A DNA stretch of 64,000 nt from Haliotis cracherodii (lineage: Eukaryota). Of this stretch, positions 34,601 through 46,571 are shown piece by piece. The stretch lies in the NCBI RefSeq assembly GCF_022045235.1, contig NW_027266308.1, forward strand, positions 21,390,001 through 21,454,000, read 5' to 3'. A program made the position numbers and the translations under genes. Within the stretch, counting starts at the first letter, position 1, and each line of letters starts with the position of its first letter. Under the pieces are notes generated by a model, which worked only from the letters and a program-made list of their open reading frames with translations, was not told the origin of the DNA and searched no databases.

Positions 34601-37600
34601 AGACTGAACAATAGAATCTAAAATATACCGTATATAACGTCTCCTCCTCTCAAGAAGAAGGCTAAATTTGTTCTCTCGGCTGAGAAGGTAATATGATTCC
34701 GTTAGAATCCTACTTTTAGACTACCTCCCGACAGGTGTGACCAGTAATGGCCAAATTAATGCTAAACTGCTTCGGCAACTGCGTGAGAATACCAATGCTA
34801 AACCTCGTGGGAAACTCACTATATGTGTGTGTTGTTCCACCAGGACAATGCACTTGTACACAAGTCTGTTGTCGCCATGGCCACAGTGTATGACTGTGGC
34901 TTTATAACATTGAACACCATCTTCCGTATTCACCTGTTTTGGCACCATCAGACGGGAAGAAAGATTTGTCTGGGAAGAATTATGCAAATAATTAGCAACC
35001 AAGTCCATTCACTCAGTTCCACATAGTCAGGCCACATTTTCAGCTACCCCTGAACATCAGTAGGCTGGTGGTAGTGTTTGATGACAATATTTATGACATC
35101 ACATTCACATTATCCAATTTATTTTATCAATAAAGAGATGCGTTTCTACGAAAACGCAGGACGACCAGGGTTGAAATGGTTCATATCTTTATTTCCCCAT
35201 GCAATATATTTCAAAATGCTGTTCTTTCGTGATTGTACTGACAATACATCTGACACTGTTGACTGTTGACAGTACTCTGGGAGCTGGTATGAAATGAGAT
35301 GGTTGGCTCAGTCCTACATTCCACCGTCTGAACTGTTCCAAGACTATCAACACGAGTACGTTGTGGGAAGTGACGGGCAAGTGTCCGCCTTCATCAGAGG
35401 AAGGTATGAGTCGTGTACTACTGGAGATGTTGCCCTGAACCTTACTGCAATGTTACTTCTAACCTGAATACCAGAATAAATACACTACGTAGCTTTAGGA
35501 AATATTCTCTTGTATACACCAAGACGAGATTCAATAGATATAGCTCTCTTTGTAAGGAACAAGCAAGGCTGTTTCTACAGGGAGGCCATAATGGAACAGT
35601 CAGAAACCGCGGGGAAGTTTACCCTCAAAGTGAAAGGCAACAGTGATGGTATGTATTTAGTATTATATTAGAACAAATACCAACATACTGTATGGGGAGC
35701 CTCATCTATTTCATTAAACAGACCAAATGAAATCTAAACAGAGGCCTCTCTTAAGCTAGATATTATAACAATATCAACACTATGGTCTTTTCGTTTTAGG
35801 AATCTTGTTATGTCAAGACGCTAGGTGGCAGAATGTGTACTATTATCGAGGAATGTCGATTATGTCTAAGCGAAACCTATCCAACCGTACCTTAATCCTA
35901 CACCTTGTTCTTATCGAAGGATATTGTGTGACCAATTGTGCTGATGTTGTTATTTCAGATCAATATCCATACTGGGTCGTTGACACAGATTACAGCAGCT
36001 ATGCTGTCATGTACGGATGCTTGAAGATGAAGAACAGCGAGTGTGTATCTGCCAGATCCACTGTGTGGAGCCGCCGCCAAACCTTGTCTCCCCGGCTGCA
36101 GTCCCGAGCCAATACCATCCTACAGATGCTGTGTATAAACCCTGCAGCATTCCTTCTGACGTCACAGAAAAATGGTAACATAAGCAACTTTCAATCACTG
36201 AGTACAGGTTCCACTTGCAGCGCGCGTAATAATATCCGTCAGTAAGACCCCGGCTCAGTCAAAGAACAAGAAAAGTATAATCAATTTAATAACACTTTCT
36301 CGCGAACTATATTGTACAATTATATTAAAGTCACTACCTTTGTTGATTATCTTTTATGGATTTCAGGTTCGCATTAATTTTATTTTGTAAAATATATATT
36401 GTGAAAACGATACATTTATTTGTGTTATTCATTGCTGAGTGAAATGAAATGAGTGAGAATAATGCTTAAAATGCAATTAGTTATATCTTATTCCTGTACA
36501 TACTGTCTTAAAACACGTGCACTTTTTCAGCCTGTCCCCCGTACTTCGGACAGTCAACCTGTGAACCAGGTAGGTACGCCCATGTTATAGGATATTAATC
36601 AATAGATAAATTGCAAGTCATCTGATTGGTTAATCAAGCAATGTATTTGACGTTATGGCCTGTTTATATGAATTGATTTCAATAAAACATCGTTTATGGG
36701 GGATTTACGCAAAGTCTGCAAAAACATTGAAGTAATTTCTTAATGACAAAGTGACCTGTTGTCTTTGATCTGTCAGTTCTTCATCATTTTCGTCATGTAC
36801 GTCAACATGTGCATTACGCGCATTTACCTGTCATGGGGTTCAGACAATTTTTCCCCATCCATAACAGAAGAAGAATATTACCCGACCATGAGGCATTTGA
36901 GTCACAAGGTTGATTAAGAAATCACATAACAGAAGATGATAAGTTAAAATGTATCACCAACGATAGACACTAACGCCCGCCCGCCTGTGGCGGCAGGGTG
37001 TGACAACTGAGAACCCGGCCGGACAAACGCCTCGATGAGAGTGCTGCGACGCAGATACGGGGGCTGATCCAAATGTTCTAACTCTGACTAACTTTCCACT
37101 ATGGGCCATAACACAGTAAACTAATCAATGTAGTACACTGTTTGTGTACTGCATTGCAAGTATATTTGGTCTGTTGAGGCCGTTTGTATATTAATGACAG
37201 CCACTTCAACGCGATAAGGGTCCAAATGGACACAGAAATAGCAAAGAACGTTTACCGAGCAGTCATCAAGTTTTTTATCTTAGAGAAACGTACACCCCAA
37301 GAAACTCATGACCGCATGTCACAAGTGTAGAGGGGATACGTTTTTCCCCAGCTATTCCACTGTTAAAAGTTGGGCAGCTATGTTTAAGGTCGGGAGAACA
37401 GGCCTTGATATGACCCTAGGTCTGGACGACCTTCAACTAACATCAATGAAGTTTCAATCAAGGATATAGAAAACGTATACTGTCAGATAGACGTATTACC
37501 ATTGCTGAACTTGAGGAATGCACATGTCTAAGGAATGGACCCACTGAAACTATTATTCATGAAAATTTACAGATGAATAAGATATCTGCTCGTTGAGTAC

Positions 37601-38916
37601 CAAAGTTTCTAAATAATTATCTTAAGGAAAAGTTGTGGTAACGGGTGATGAAATATATGCCTACCACCATGATGACGGTGTCAAAACGTCAATCCAATGA
37701 ATGGCACCATGCCACTTCTCAGGCACCAAAGTCTTCAAGAACAGTGAAGCAAGTAATGACCATTGTATTCTGGGATGCAAAGGGTTTGATCCTCGTTGAA
37801 TACCGAAAAAGTCAAAAGATGATTACCGGTCCCTACTATGCTGATAAGCTTCATTGCCTGAGAGAGTCCATCAAAGAAAAGCTGCGAGGAATGCTGACTG
37901 TTGGAGTTCTACTTTTGCATGACAATGCCTCACTCCTCTCGACCTACAAAGGCTGCTGTGCGACAGCGTGGGTTCCTCCCTCTCCATACTCACCAGACCT
38001 GATTCCTAAACTGAAAGAACAGCTTCGTGGAAGCTTCGCTATGACGATAACGATGACCTCAAAGCTGCAGTGAATAGGCTTTTTCAGGGTGGCTACAGAA
38101 ATCTTCTTTCTTCCTGGCTGGAGTTGAAAAGCTTCACTATCGATATGAGAAGTGAATTGAAAAGCAGAGAAAATTATGTTGAAAAGTAAAACTAAAAACA
38201 CTTTCGCATTTGTTGGATTTGTTTGTTAGGCTTAGAAAAACAAACCTGATCTGGTCCTTTTTGATAACCAATTTTCTGTCCCTTTAGACACAAATGTCAT
38301 TGACAAGAATCCGGAAAGGTTTTTGTACCTCCCTTGCGAAATGTCACAGTTGCATCCCTAGTACCCAGTTTTCCGACTCCCCATTGTTCATGGTGCCTTA
38401 GGTTTGGTACCTCCAATCTGTTGACTGACACTGGGAGAGAACCCGGGTTTGCTTCCAGAAATACGGCCCTTTTGACAATCTGGGTAATGCAGAAGGCTGC
38501 AGTGTTGGGGAGTCTTCAAATTCTCCGAAAAGTTCTGGGTGGGTTTGACTTTGCAGTGCCTCCTGTGAGAAGTCCCATTCGCTGTCTGGGCTGCGTGTAG
38601 AGGGGGCAAGGGAATATTGTTGAGCGCGGCTTTAAACAACAAACAACTCTCCATTTTAAAAGAAGCCGTATAATCATTCAGTTTTCTATTTGCCTTGATA
38701 GTATTTGCACACTTTATTAAATAAATACACGCAGTTGATACGTATCATGTATAAAGTCGTTATACCATGTAGTGGTAATGTTTTGTTTTGTTTGCATTAT
38801 AATAAATTTTCAATATTATATTTTTAATTGCAGCCAACGGGTCCGTGAACGTTGTCAACACTCCACTGATGACTACCGTTATTGCCATGATGATGCCCCT
38901 TCTAGTCTTCCAATAG
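31131..38916 (+). CDS. Tandem double-lipocalin protein, paralogue 3, ~412 aa (404 aa if started at ATG 31155), 10 coding exons
   Basis: Exons: 31131-31268 (..MLAVIGLALFSASVFVFVKGNDCIVDDIEVQANFDTDR), 31942-32072 (YMGKWYEYKW), 32691-32788, 33375-33593 (YWVLETDYTQYAFVYAC..WIWSR), 34103-34194, 35273-35403 (YSGSWYEMRW), 35557-35648, 35959-36174 (YWVVDTDYSSYAVMYGC..VWSRR), 36531-36569, 38834-38916 (ANGSVNVVNTPLMTTVIAMMMPLLVFQ*). Total 1239 nt, in frame, all GT-AG. Confidence 0.9.
31530..31878 (-). mobile_element. SINE family D copy with internal (GT)n
   Basis: B box GGTTCGATCC on minus; aligns with 43266-43546 and 22875-23138. Confidence 0.7.
32995..33159 (+). mobile_element. tRNA-derived SINE family B, full length
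   Basis: A box TAGCCTAGTGG, B box GGTTCGATTCC, (ACTC)n tail, TSD-like AAGTCAGTGATA on both sides; other copies at 33818-33942, 39007-39155, 62218-62386 (-), partial 9130-9215 and 55720-55810. Confidence 0.85.
34355..34950 (+). mobile_element. Internally deleted mariner remnant (intron 5 of paralogue 3)
   Basis: TACGAGGGG terminus; SPPLKKKAK, VLFHQDNA..H motifs. Confidence 0.7.
37056..38240 (+). mobile_element. Mariner transposon remnant (intron 9 of paralogue 3)
   Basis: TACGGGGGCTG terminus; YRAVIKFF, DPRSGRP, VVTGDE, VMTIVFWDAKG, LLLHDNA, PYSPDL; many frameshifts. Confidence 0.85.
38245..38720 (+). mobile_element. R4/Dong-like retrotransposon 3' fragment
   Basis: ALLTIWVMQKAAVLGSLQILRKVL; homologous to 21950-22330. 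Confidence 0.6.
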
Positions 38917-40530
38917 TCACGACATGGCTGAAGTAATGCAAAGCGTTAACATTAAACTCACTCATTCACTCCAATACTTAGCTCTTACATCTGTTTCTCA
39001 AAGAGTGGGGCGTTGGGGAAGGCCACTGGTTAAAGCGGTCGCTCGTCATGCCAAAGGCCGGGGTTCGATTCCCCATATGGATGGTGAAGCCCATTGCTGG
39101 TGTTTCTCGACGTGACTTTGCTAGATTTGCTAAAAGCGGCGTAAAATTATACTTAGTCAGGCGCCCACTTTTACCCCTAATTGACTTGAACTGACGTATA
39201 TACCTCTATGTATGATGTTCATGTTTATTTTTACTACTATATTGATCATACATTGTATTAACCGAGGTGCAAAACAAAGCATACCGAGTTTGTTGTTTAT
39301 GTCATTTAACATTGAAAGAAATGTTGATAAATTTAATTATGTCTATTTAACCCACACTCATTCCTGCAGTTTGTAAATTTGTGGCTGAGTAATTTTGTAT
39401 AAAAATAGATTGGTTCATTGGAGACTGAGCCAAGAAAAGAATTTAAAACCACAAGACCCCTACCATGATTATTCCGAAGATAAAAAATAAAATGTTTTCG
39501 TATTTCAATTTTCCACGTTAGATGTGATTTAAAATAAAGCAGGTGTGCTTGATCTTCCTTCAGATATGGTTATCAAAAATTCGTTTCCGAAGCAAAGCGA
39601 CTCGTTCTACGTCATGCATTTATGTCACACATATTTTAAAGACTGTTATCACGTGTTTTAACCAAATAGTGAAAAAAAAGAAAAATAGAAAAAAAAGTAA
39701 TTACATTATTTCGACCACTCGTTTGAGGTTGGAGATGAGAAATATATACATATGACAATATATACATGGATGGCCCTGAAAATTGCCGTTCGTACTAGGC
39801 GACTAAATGCTTTGATGGTCAACTGGATTACAACAATACATATACTTTTATGAATATAAAGCTCATGTTGTTCGAGCATTGAACACAAGAGGAAATATAT
39901 AATTCCTTTACAAGTTCAGTTCAATTTTCATGATTATTTTGAGGCAAAACCCTTTCCCCTAACACTTGCAACAGTGGAATAATGATTTGCACCGTATCAC
40001 CTTCATGTATAGCTTCCGTTGATAAAATTGACAGTAATATACGCGTGGAGTAATTGTCACGCGATTCGATCGTAATTACGGGTGCACTTCACGATTCTCC
40101 ACAAATTGCCACTTGCTGCATAGAGTAAGCTCCCTTCGTATAACAGACCGAAAATTCACTTCCTTGTTCACGAGAGGGAGATCAGCACAGCGGATTGCCC
40201 TCTTGAAGTCCATTGGCCTCCTTGTTCTCGGCACAAGACGTGTGTATGTTATTGCTTGTCAATCGATCTTTTCCTCATGCATGTTCATTGACACACAGTA
40301 ACGTTTATTTAGACAGAACCCTGACCAAACCACCGATAACGTTCAGATACAGCTTACTGTTACATGTGGCGGTATGTTATTGTTTGATCATCGGTCAGCT
40401 GATAGTATCAAGATCAGGTTTGTCTGCACAATTATTTCGAGGTATATTTTACCGTTGTTGTAAAAATATTATTTGGAACAAACAATGTCCGCCGTAAACA
40501 ATGTAAATATTATTGCACTTTGTTAAAAAA

Positions 40531-40543
40531 GAAACCGAAACTG
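40531..40543 (+). promoter_or_regulatory. ISRE/IRF-binding element candidate upstream of IFI44L copy 1
   Basis: GAAACCGAAACTG matches the ISRE consensus GAAANNGAAACT; 4.35 kb upstream of the ATG exon. Confidence 0.55.
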
Positions 40544-40867
40544 ACATTTACATTTCTAGGGTCCTACTATTTAACGTCCGGGGACGCCCGGGAACGTACG
40601 GGAGGTTTCATCAGACGTCCGGAAACGTCCGGGAGGTTTCATCAGACGTCCGGGATTTTAAAAATACTGTGCAGTCAATAAAACATGTCTTTCTCAGTTT
40701 GGTAAGATCGTGAGAATATCAACTGGCGTACAAATAAATAGAATAAATAAATAAAGAAACAAAAATGAGTACAAGGAACAGGGTAAAAAATATTTAATAG
40801 GCCGTAAAGGTTTTGTTCTTTATCCAACAAAGCGGACGTAAAAGTAAAAACAGACAATGTAAAAATG

Positions 40868-41097
40868 CTTGTTTGTTTGTTGTTTAACGCCACAGTCAGC
40901 AATATTCCAGCTATATGACGGCGGTCTGTAAATAATCCAGTCTGGACCAGACAATCCAGTGATTGACATTATGAGCATCGATCCACGCAATTGGGATACG
41001 ATGACATGCATCAAAAGCAAGTCAGCGAGTCTGACCACCCGATCCTGTTAGTCGCCTCTTACGGCAAGCATGGGTTGTTGAACACCAGTTCTAACCC
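40868..41097 (-). mobile_element. SINE family C (GTAAGAGGCGACTAA core, (AAAC)n tail)
   Basis: Close copies at 45646-45880 (-), 47365-47524 (+), 52697-52960 (-); decayed copies near 52100-52270, 56035-56135, 60370-60480. Confidence 0.8.
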
Positions 41098-42099
41098 TCG
41101 TACTTATTTACAATACATAAGATGTTTATTGTCTTAAAGGGAAACAATGCTCCAAATGCAAGCCGTCTAGCCGGCGCCGTTTAAATTAGCCTGCGTCCGC
41201 AACCCAACAAACTGAGCTTGGGATCAGGGATGGGGCAGTTGGGGGCCCTCGTTCACAGGCCTAGGCAACAAGGGTATACCTTTGAATTCTCGCTTTTGAT
41301 TGATGGTGCTTACTATGACCTTTCACCTTGCAAAATCCGTCTGCATGTTAAAATGTGTATGTACAATTATGCAGTTTAGTATACAGCATATACGTGTACG
41401 TATTAGTTTTGTAACAATGAGATTCAGTTCATATACTCAAAATAGCAATGACCCTTATCAGGCAAATTGCATAAAATAACACAACCATAACTGCTCCCTT
41501 CTTGTGATCCATATTTCATGGTATAAACCAGAGACCACGTGTCGGTTTATGGTCTCTGTTTAAACCTACTCTTGTGTATTTTGTGGTCATGCTCTTGATT
41601 TTCAGTTAATAACTTTATTACGGGTATAATTCATGGAAGAACCACTTAGATTACCTGACAGAGACTATACAAAATAACTTAATTACGTTCTCCCCTGCCT
41701 CTGAGGGTTTCGACGATATATAGCAATCAGTGGTTCGCCTTTGGCATTTCTCGTGGTCGGGGCAATTATTCAACCTAAGACTGGGTTATATATCCAGGTC
41801 TGATGTGCTGCATGTGTGACATGTTATATGTAATATGTACGTCGCAGGGCTGCAGTTGAGTTATAAAGCATTGATCAAAGGATTAACCGATTATGCGTTG
41901 ATTGATGAATCACTGTTAATTTGTGTTGATTTGTCAAAAGTAATTGTTTATGCATGTAGGTTTACTAAAGTAGACGGAATACACCCAAATGTGGAAGTGA
42001 AGTGTCTATGTAAAATACTTTGTTCAAAGAATTAACATCAAAAGGGATACCATCTATTGTACATTTACTATGGAACATTAATATTGCGATCAGAAATAT

Positions 42100-44345
42100 T
42101 CACGTAACCAATTTATAAGATGTGTGTGGTAAGTTTGATTTGGGGAAGGCCTGAAACTGAGAGACATACAGGTCGAGTCTGCGGGGAGGAATTGTCGCTC
42201 CTTGGAGAGGAGGGTATCTGGACACTAAAATGTCCTGGTGTTATTGTAGCCAAGTTTAGGTCTGTTGACGATAAGCGTGAAATACTCTCCGGCAAGAAGC
42301 TATGCGAAAGTAGGAATTACAACAATGTTTATATCATGCGTGATACATCATCAGAAGATGATGGAAGCTGCATGGAAATGTTGACACTGCTGAAAGTGTC
42401 TGGTGGTAGGATACAGCTTCGATAAGATGAACACCGAGAACGACATCGTCCTAGGAACGACACCAACAACGATATGGACGTCAACATAATGTTCAATCAG
42501 ACGGTGTTCATAATGACAAGTTTCCACGTGGCAATGTTTATCAACGAAAAACACGTGAAAACGGTTCGACCAGTCAGGGCGATGCGCGTCATGAGGTTTG
42601 GGGTCAAGGACGCGAGCATGTCTCAACGTCTCAATGTTTTAACTGGAATTATGTGGGTTTGGGAATGTCCCTGGTTGGTCAACAGGCAACACTATTAGAG
42701 AATCGTATAATCACATAGTATAGTTTACATATTGCTGATCGAAAGATAGTTGGAATTGTAGAGACACATCTTAGGGCTGGGAATAAAATTACAATTGATG
42801 GGAACAGCAGGTATGGTCAATATAGAAATCTTTTACATGTTAACCCCAAATGTGGATCTTGGGTGGAAAAACATAAATAGATTTTGATGTTGTTAGTTTA
42901 GATACTTCGTATGAAGGCATTCTGTAGCTAAGGCTTGTATATAAGAATGATTTAAAATGTTCTTTGAGAGCTTGTGTGTGTTATTTACCACGGAGAACTC
43001 TACCATGAATGTGGATGCATGAGACTTTTAGAATAATTTATTGATATACGTATATTGGTGAAGATTTCAACGGTCGCTGTGGGAATTTGGTAAATTATGT
43101 AGAAGGAGTTGACAAAATATTTTACAGAGACATTATGGACACAGCTATTCATTCCCATGGCCGTCATTTCACAGAATTTCTTATTAGTGCCAGCTATTGC
43201 ACTGTGAATGGTAGGAATAATACTCTAAACGACGTTACCTATATATACTTCCCGAGGATCCTCAGTGGTGGGTCCGCCTCTTGGGTCTTGTTATAGAGCG
43301 TCCGCCCGAAGAGCGGACGGTCAGGGGTTTGTTCCCCGGTCGCGTCACATCAAAAGACGTTAAAAGATGGTACTTGTTGTTACCCTGCCTGGTGCTCAGG
43401 ATTAAAGGGCTAAAACATGGACTGGTCGGCTCGGAGTCAGTATACTGTGTCTGAGTGGGATATTCATGTTTAACTGCGGCATGGTATCGCAGTGTGCTGG
43501 CACTATAAATCGGCATCAGTCCGGACTAGTGCAAGCAGCCACACAGCAGAGTGACGTTAATTATGCTTATGATGATGCTGTCGACAAAGAGATGCAATGT
43601 ACTCTCCCTGGTAAAACTCTGAAGAATTCAAATTTGAACGCGAAGAAACGACGTATAAATAAGAGTGGTGGAATGACAATCTATTTGTGATATAGAGCAA
43701 CATGTGTTAAGCCTGGTGTAAATGTTAAGGGCCTCGTAAGAATTACTTTAAGAGTATTTAAGTAACTGGACGTATGATTCTCGATAAAGCCAACCAGAGG
43801 GCTAAGCAAGATCATACTGGTATGACACTGCAGGAACGAGAGAATTTGTGTGATTCAGATAACTGTGAGTTCTTGAAGAAGTTAGGGCGGTTGATTTGGG
43901 TTACGAAAGACACAAGAAAATTCCCAAGGAGGTCGAGTTGGAGGATGGCAGTATAATGAGTAACACAGACGTACTGTTAGATGCATAGAAGAGGTCATTT
44001 TGTGATGTGTGGAACTGTGATATTGCAACAAGTGACACTAACTATTCCTAAAATAAGAATGAGAATGTCCTGAACTCACAAACTACATTCTTCAAGCAAA
44101 TTAAAGAGAGGCAATTATTCAGGATATGACAATATCCCAGCTGAGTTACTAAAAAGGGAGAACAGTTGTTTATTCTTTTACACACATTTTAATAGTGCTT
44201 TGAATGTAGTGTAATACCAAACATTTGGGGAAAGGAATTATCTCCCCTGTCTCCAAGACATCTGGCAACCCCAGAAATCCTCGGGTCTATAGAGGAATCA
44301 CACTTGCAAGCACAGCATATAAAATGTACTGTGGTGTCTTAAACA
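42100..44345 (+). mobile_element. Decayed LINE (ORF1, APE endonuclease, start of RT), interrupted by SINE D (43266-43546) and truncated at SINE A (44346)
   Basis: ORF1-like VIVAKFRSVDDKREIL..NVYIMRD; GEDFNGRCG; GYDNIPAELLK; IWGKGIISPV.K..NP.NP.VYRGITLASTAYKMY. Confidence 0.75.
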
Positions 44346-44897
44346 GTGAGTGAGTGAGTGAGTGTGTGCTTTGGGTTTAACGCCGCTTTTAACATTATTC
44401 TAGTTATATCACGGCGTGTCAGCTTAAAGTGGGAGGAAAGCCCGAAGTGATGCAGGTCTCAGACGTGTTCCACTTCGGCGAAACCCACGAGCACGGGTAT
44501 TGTGCTGACAAACCTAGAAACATAATCGGGGCGAATCGGGATTCGAACCCGAAATCAAAGGTTTCTGGCGTGCCCAAGGGACGCAACTCTACACAGCAAA
44601 ACTCAAATTATGAGTGTACATGTCGAGCCATGGCCCAATGGAGCCTAGGAGCTATTACATACTGTCAGATTCTAACCACATCTTGTACTTTGTTTTCAGG
44701 TTATGGTCTATGTTCGTTTCAGTTGAGCATATTATATATTTCAGAATGAAAACAAATTTAAACTTAGTTGGACGATTTCAACAGTTAGAAAAGCGCAGCG
44801 TGTTTTCTTTTTTGGGTGTCATGTATTTTTGAAGAAAAGACTGATCTTATGTTTGACAGCTGTTGTTGGTTCACAGGTCCTTCTACATGCACGGACA

Positions 44898-46506
44898 ATG
44901 AGTGCGGTTATGAATTCACGTTTGTCTTCATGCCATCGGAAACAATTGTCCACGTGGCTTGGAGGAAACAAACGGTTCCAACTGCTCTACACCACTGCAA
45001 CAGATGAATGTGGAGCCGACAGTTTCCACTCCAGATGTGACGAAGCAGGAGCAACTGTGACGATTGGACGTAATACCACTGGAGACGTCTTTGGGGGTTA
45101 TACCTCAGTGAGCTGGCGCAATTCTAGTGGAATGGCTTACGATGATAGAGCATTTCTGTTCAGGCTTGATAGAAATGGATCTTTTCACCCCAAGAAATAC
45201 AGACTAAAAGATGGACATGAAGCAAGGGCAATATGCCAGTCTTCAGGTGAAGGTCCAGGGTTTGGTAGTGACATACAATTTCTTAAAGAAGGTCCTTTTC
45301 AAAAGTCTGATGGATTTTTCCCATGTGAAACAACAGGTACATACGGGGCGGACTATGACATGGCTGGCGACACAGCTACAGATTTCACAGGAAGCAATCT
45401 CAAACTGTCGGAAATTGATGTTTACAAGGTCAAAGGTAAGGGGAAATTAATGAACCAGAAGCTGAATCATCAAGGGAAGGGGGTTTGAGATGGATGTAGA
45501 TCAGGGGGCTGGTGTATTGTGATTTCCATCGGTTAATTACTAAATAGTTGGTTTCAGTTTCTTTTAAATAAGCTGCAAGTTATACCAGTCGTCAGGTAAA
45601 TTGTTTGTGTTGTATGCGATCAGATGGTCTCCCATTAAGGATTCCTTTCTTTGTTGTTCAACACCGTACTATTCCAGCTATATGACGACGGACTAGAACA
45701 GACAAGCCAGTGATTGATATCATGAGCATCGATCTTCGCAATTGGGATACGATGACATGCATCAACAAAGTCAGCCAGCCTGACCACCTGATCCCGTTAG
45801 TCGCCTCTTATGACAAGTTGACTGTACGGCTAGCATGGGTTGCTGAAGACCTATTCTACCCCGGATCTTTACGGGTCTGTCATGGATTCAAATAATGATT
45901 CAGTCAATGATCAGTTAAAGGCTTCCGTATCTCTACCTTAAAACATACCTAGCGTATCACAACTTTCACATTCTACAGTCAGAAGTCAGTGTTGTATAGG
46001 CATGTAGTCAATATCATTGGCATTCTTATGTGTTGAGAGAGTTTAGCTTCCATCCAAAATGGAGAACCTTTAATTAATTCTTGCATATATGCATTATGTA
46101 GAACCCTTCGGAAGGATTAATATTTTACCCGAAATTAGATTTGTCAAGTTACAAAAGTTATTCTTTAACGTAGAATAACATGATGAGACTGTATCCATAG
46201 GGGTTACAAGTAGCGCGGGTTTAGATGGTGGTGACCTAAACTGTCGTGCCAAAGGAACTATGCACTTGAAAATTTGATTTGACCCCAAAATTACAAACGT
46301 CATCTAAACTTTACTGTGGTGAAAGCAGTCACCGAAATACTGCAAACTTAAGATCCAAACGCTATGATACTCGTTTCAAATAAATCACCATCGAAAACCA
46401 TTTGCTGTTTGTTACATTTTCAGCAACCATGTGTACACTTTCTTTTGCCGAGCAGCTTTGACTAGACTATGTTATTGATATCCACGCAGTGTTTTGATTA
46501 TGCACT

Positions 46507-46571
<65 letters not shown>

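Noticed and set aside
38916-44898. Functional link between the lipocalin and IFI44L clusters
   Set aside because: Adjacency in an animal genome does not imply a shared pathway, and I saw no ISRE-like motif at the lipocalin genes.
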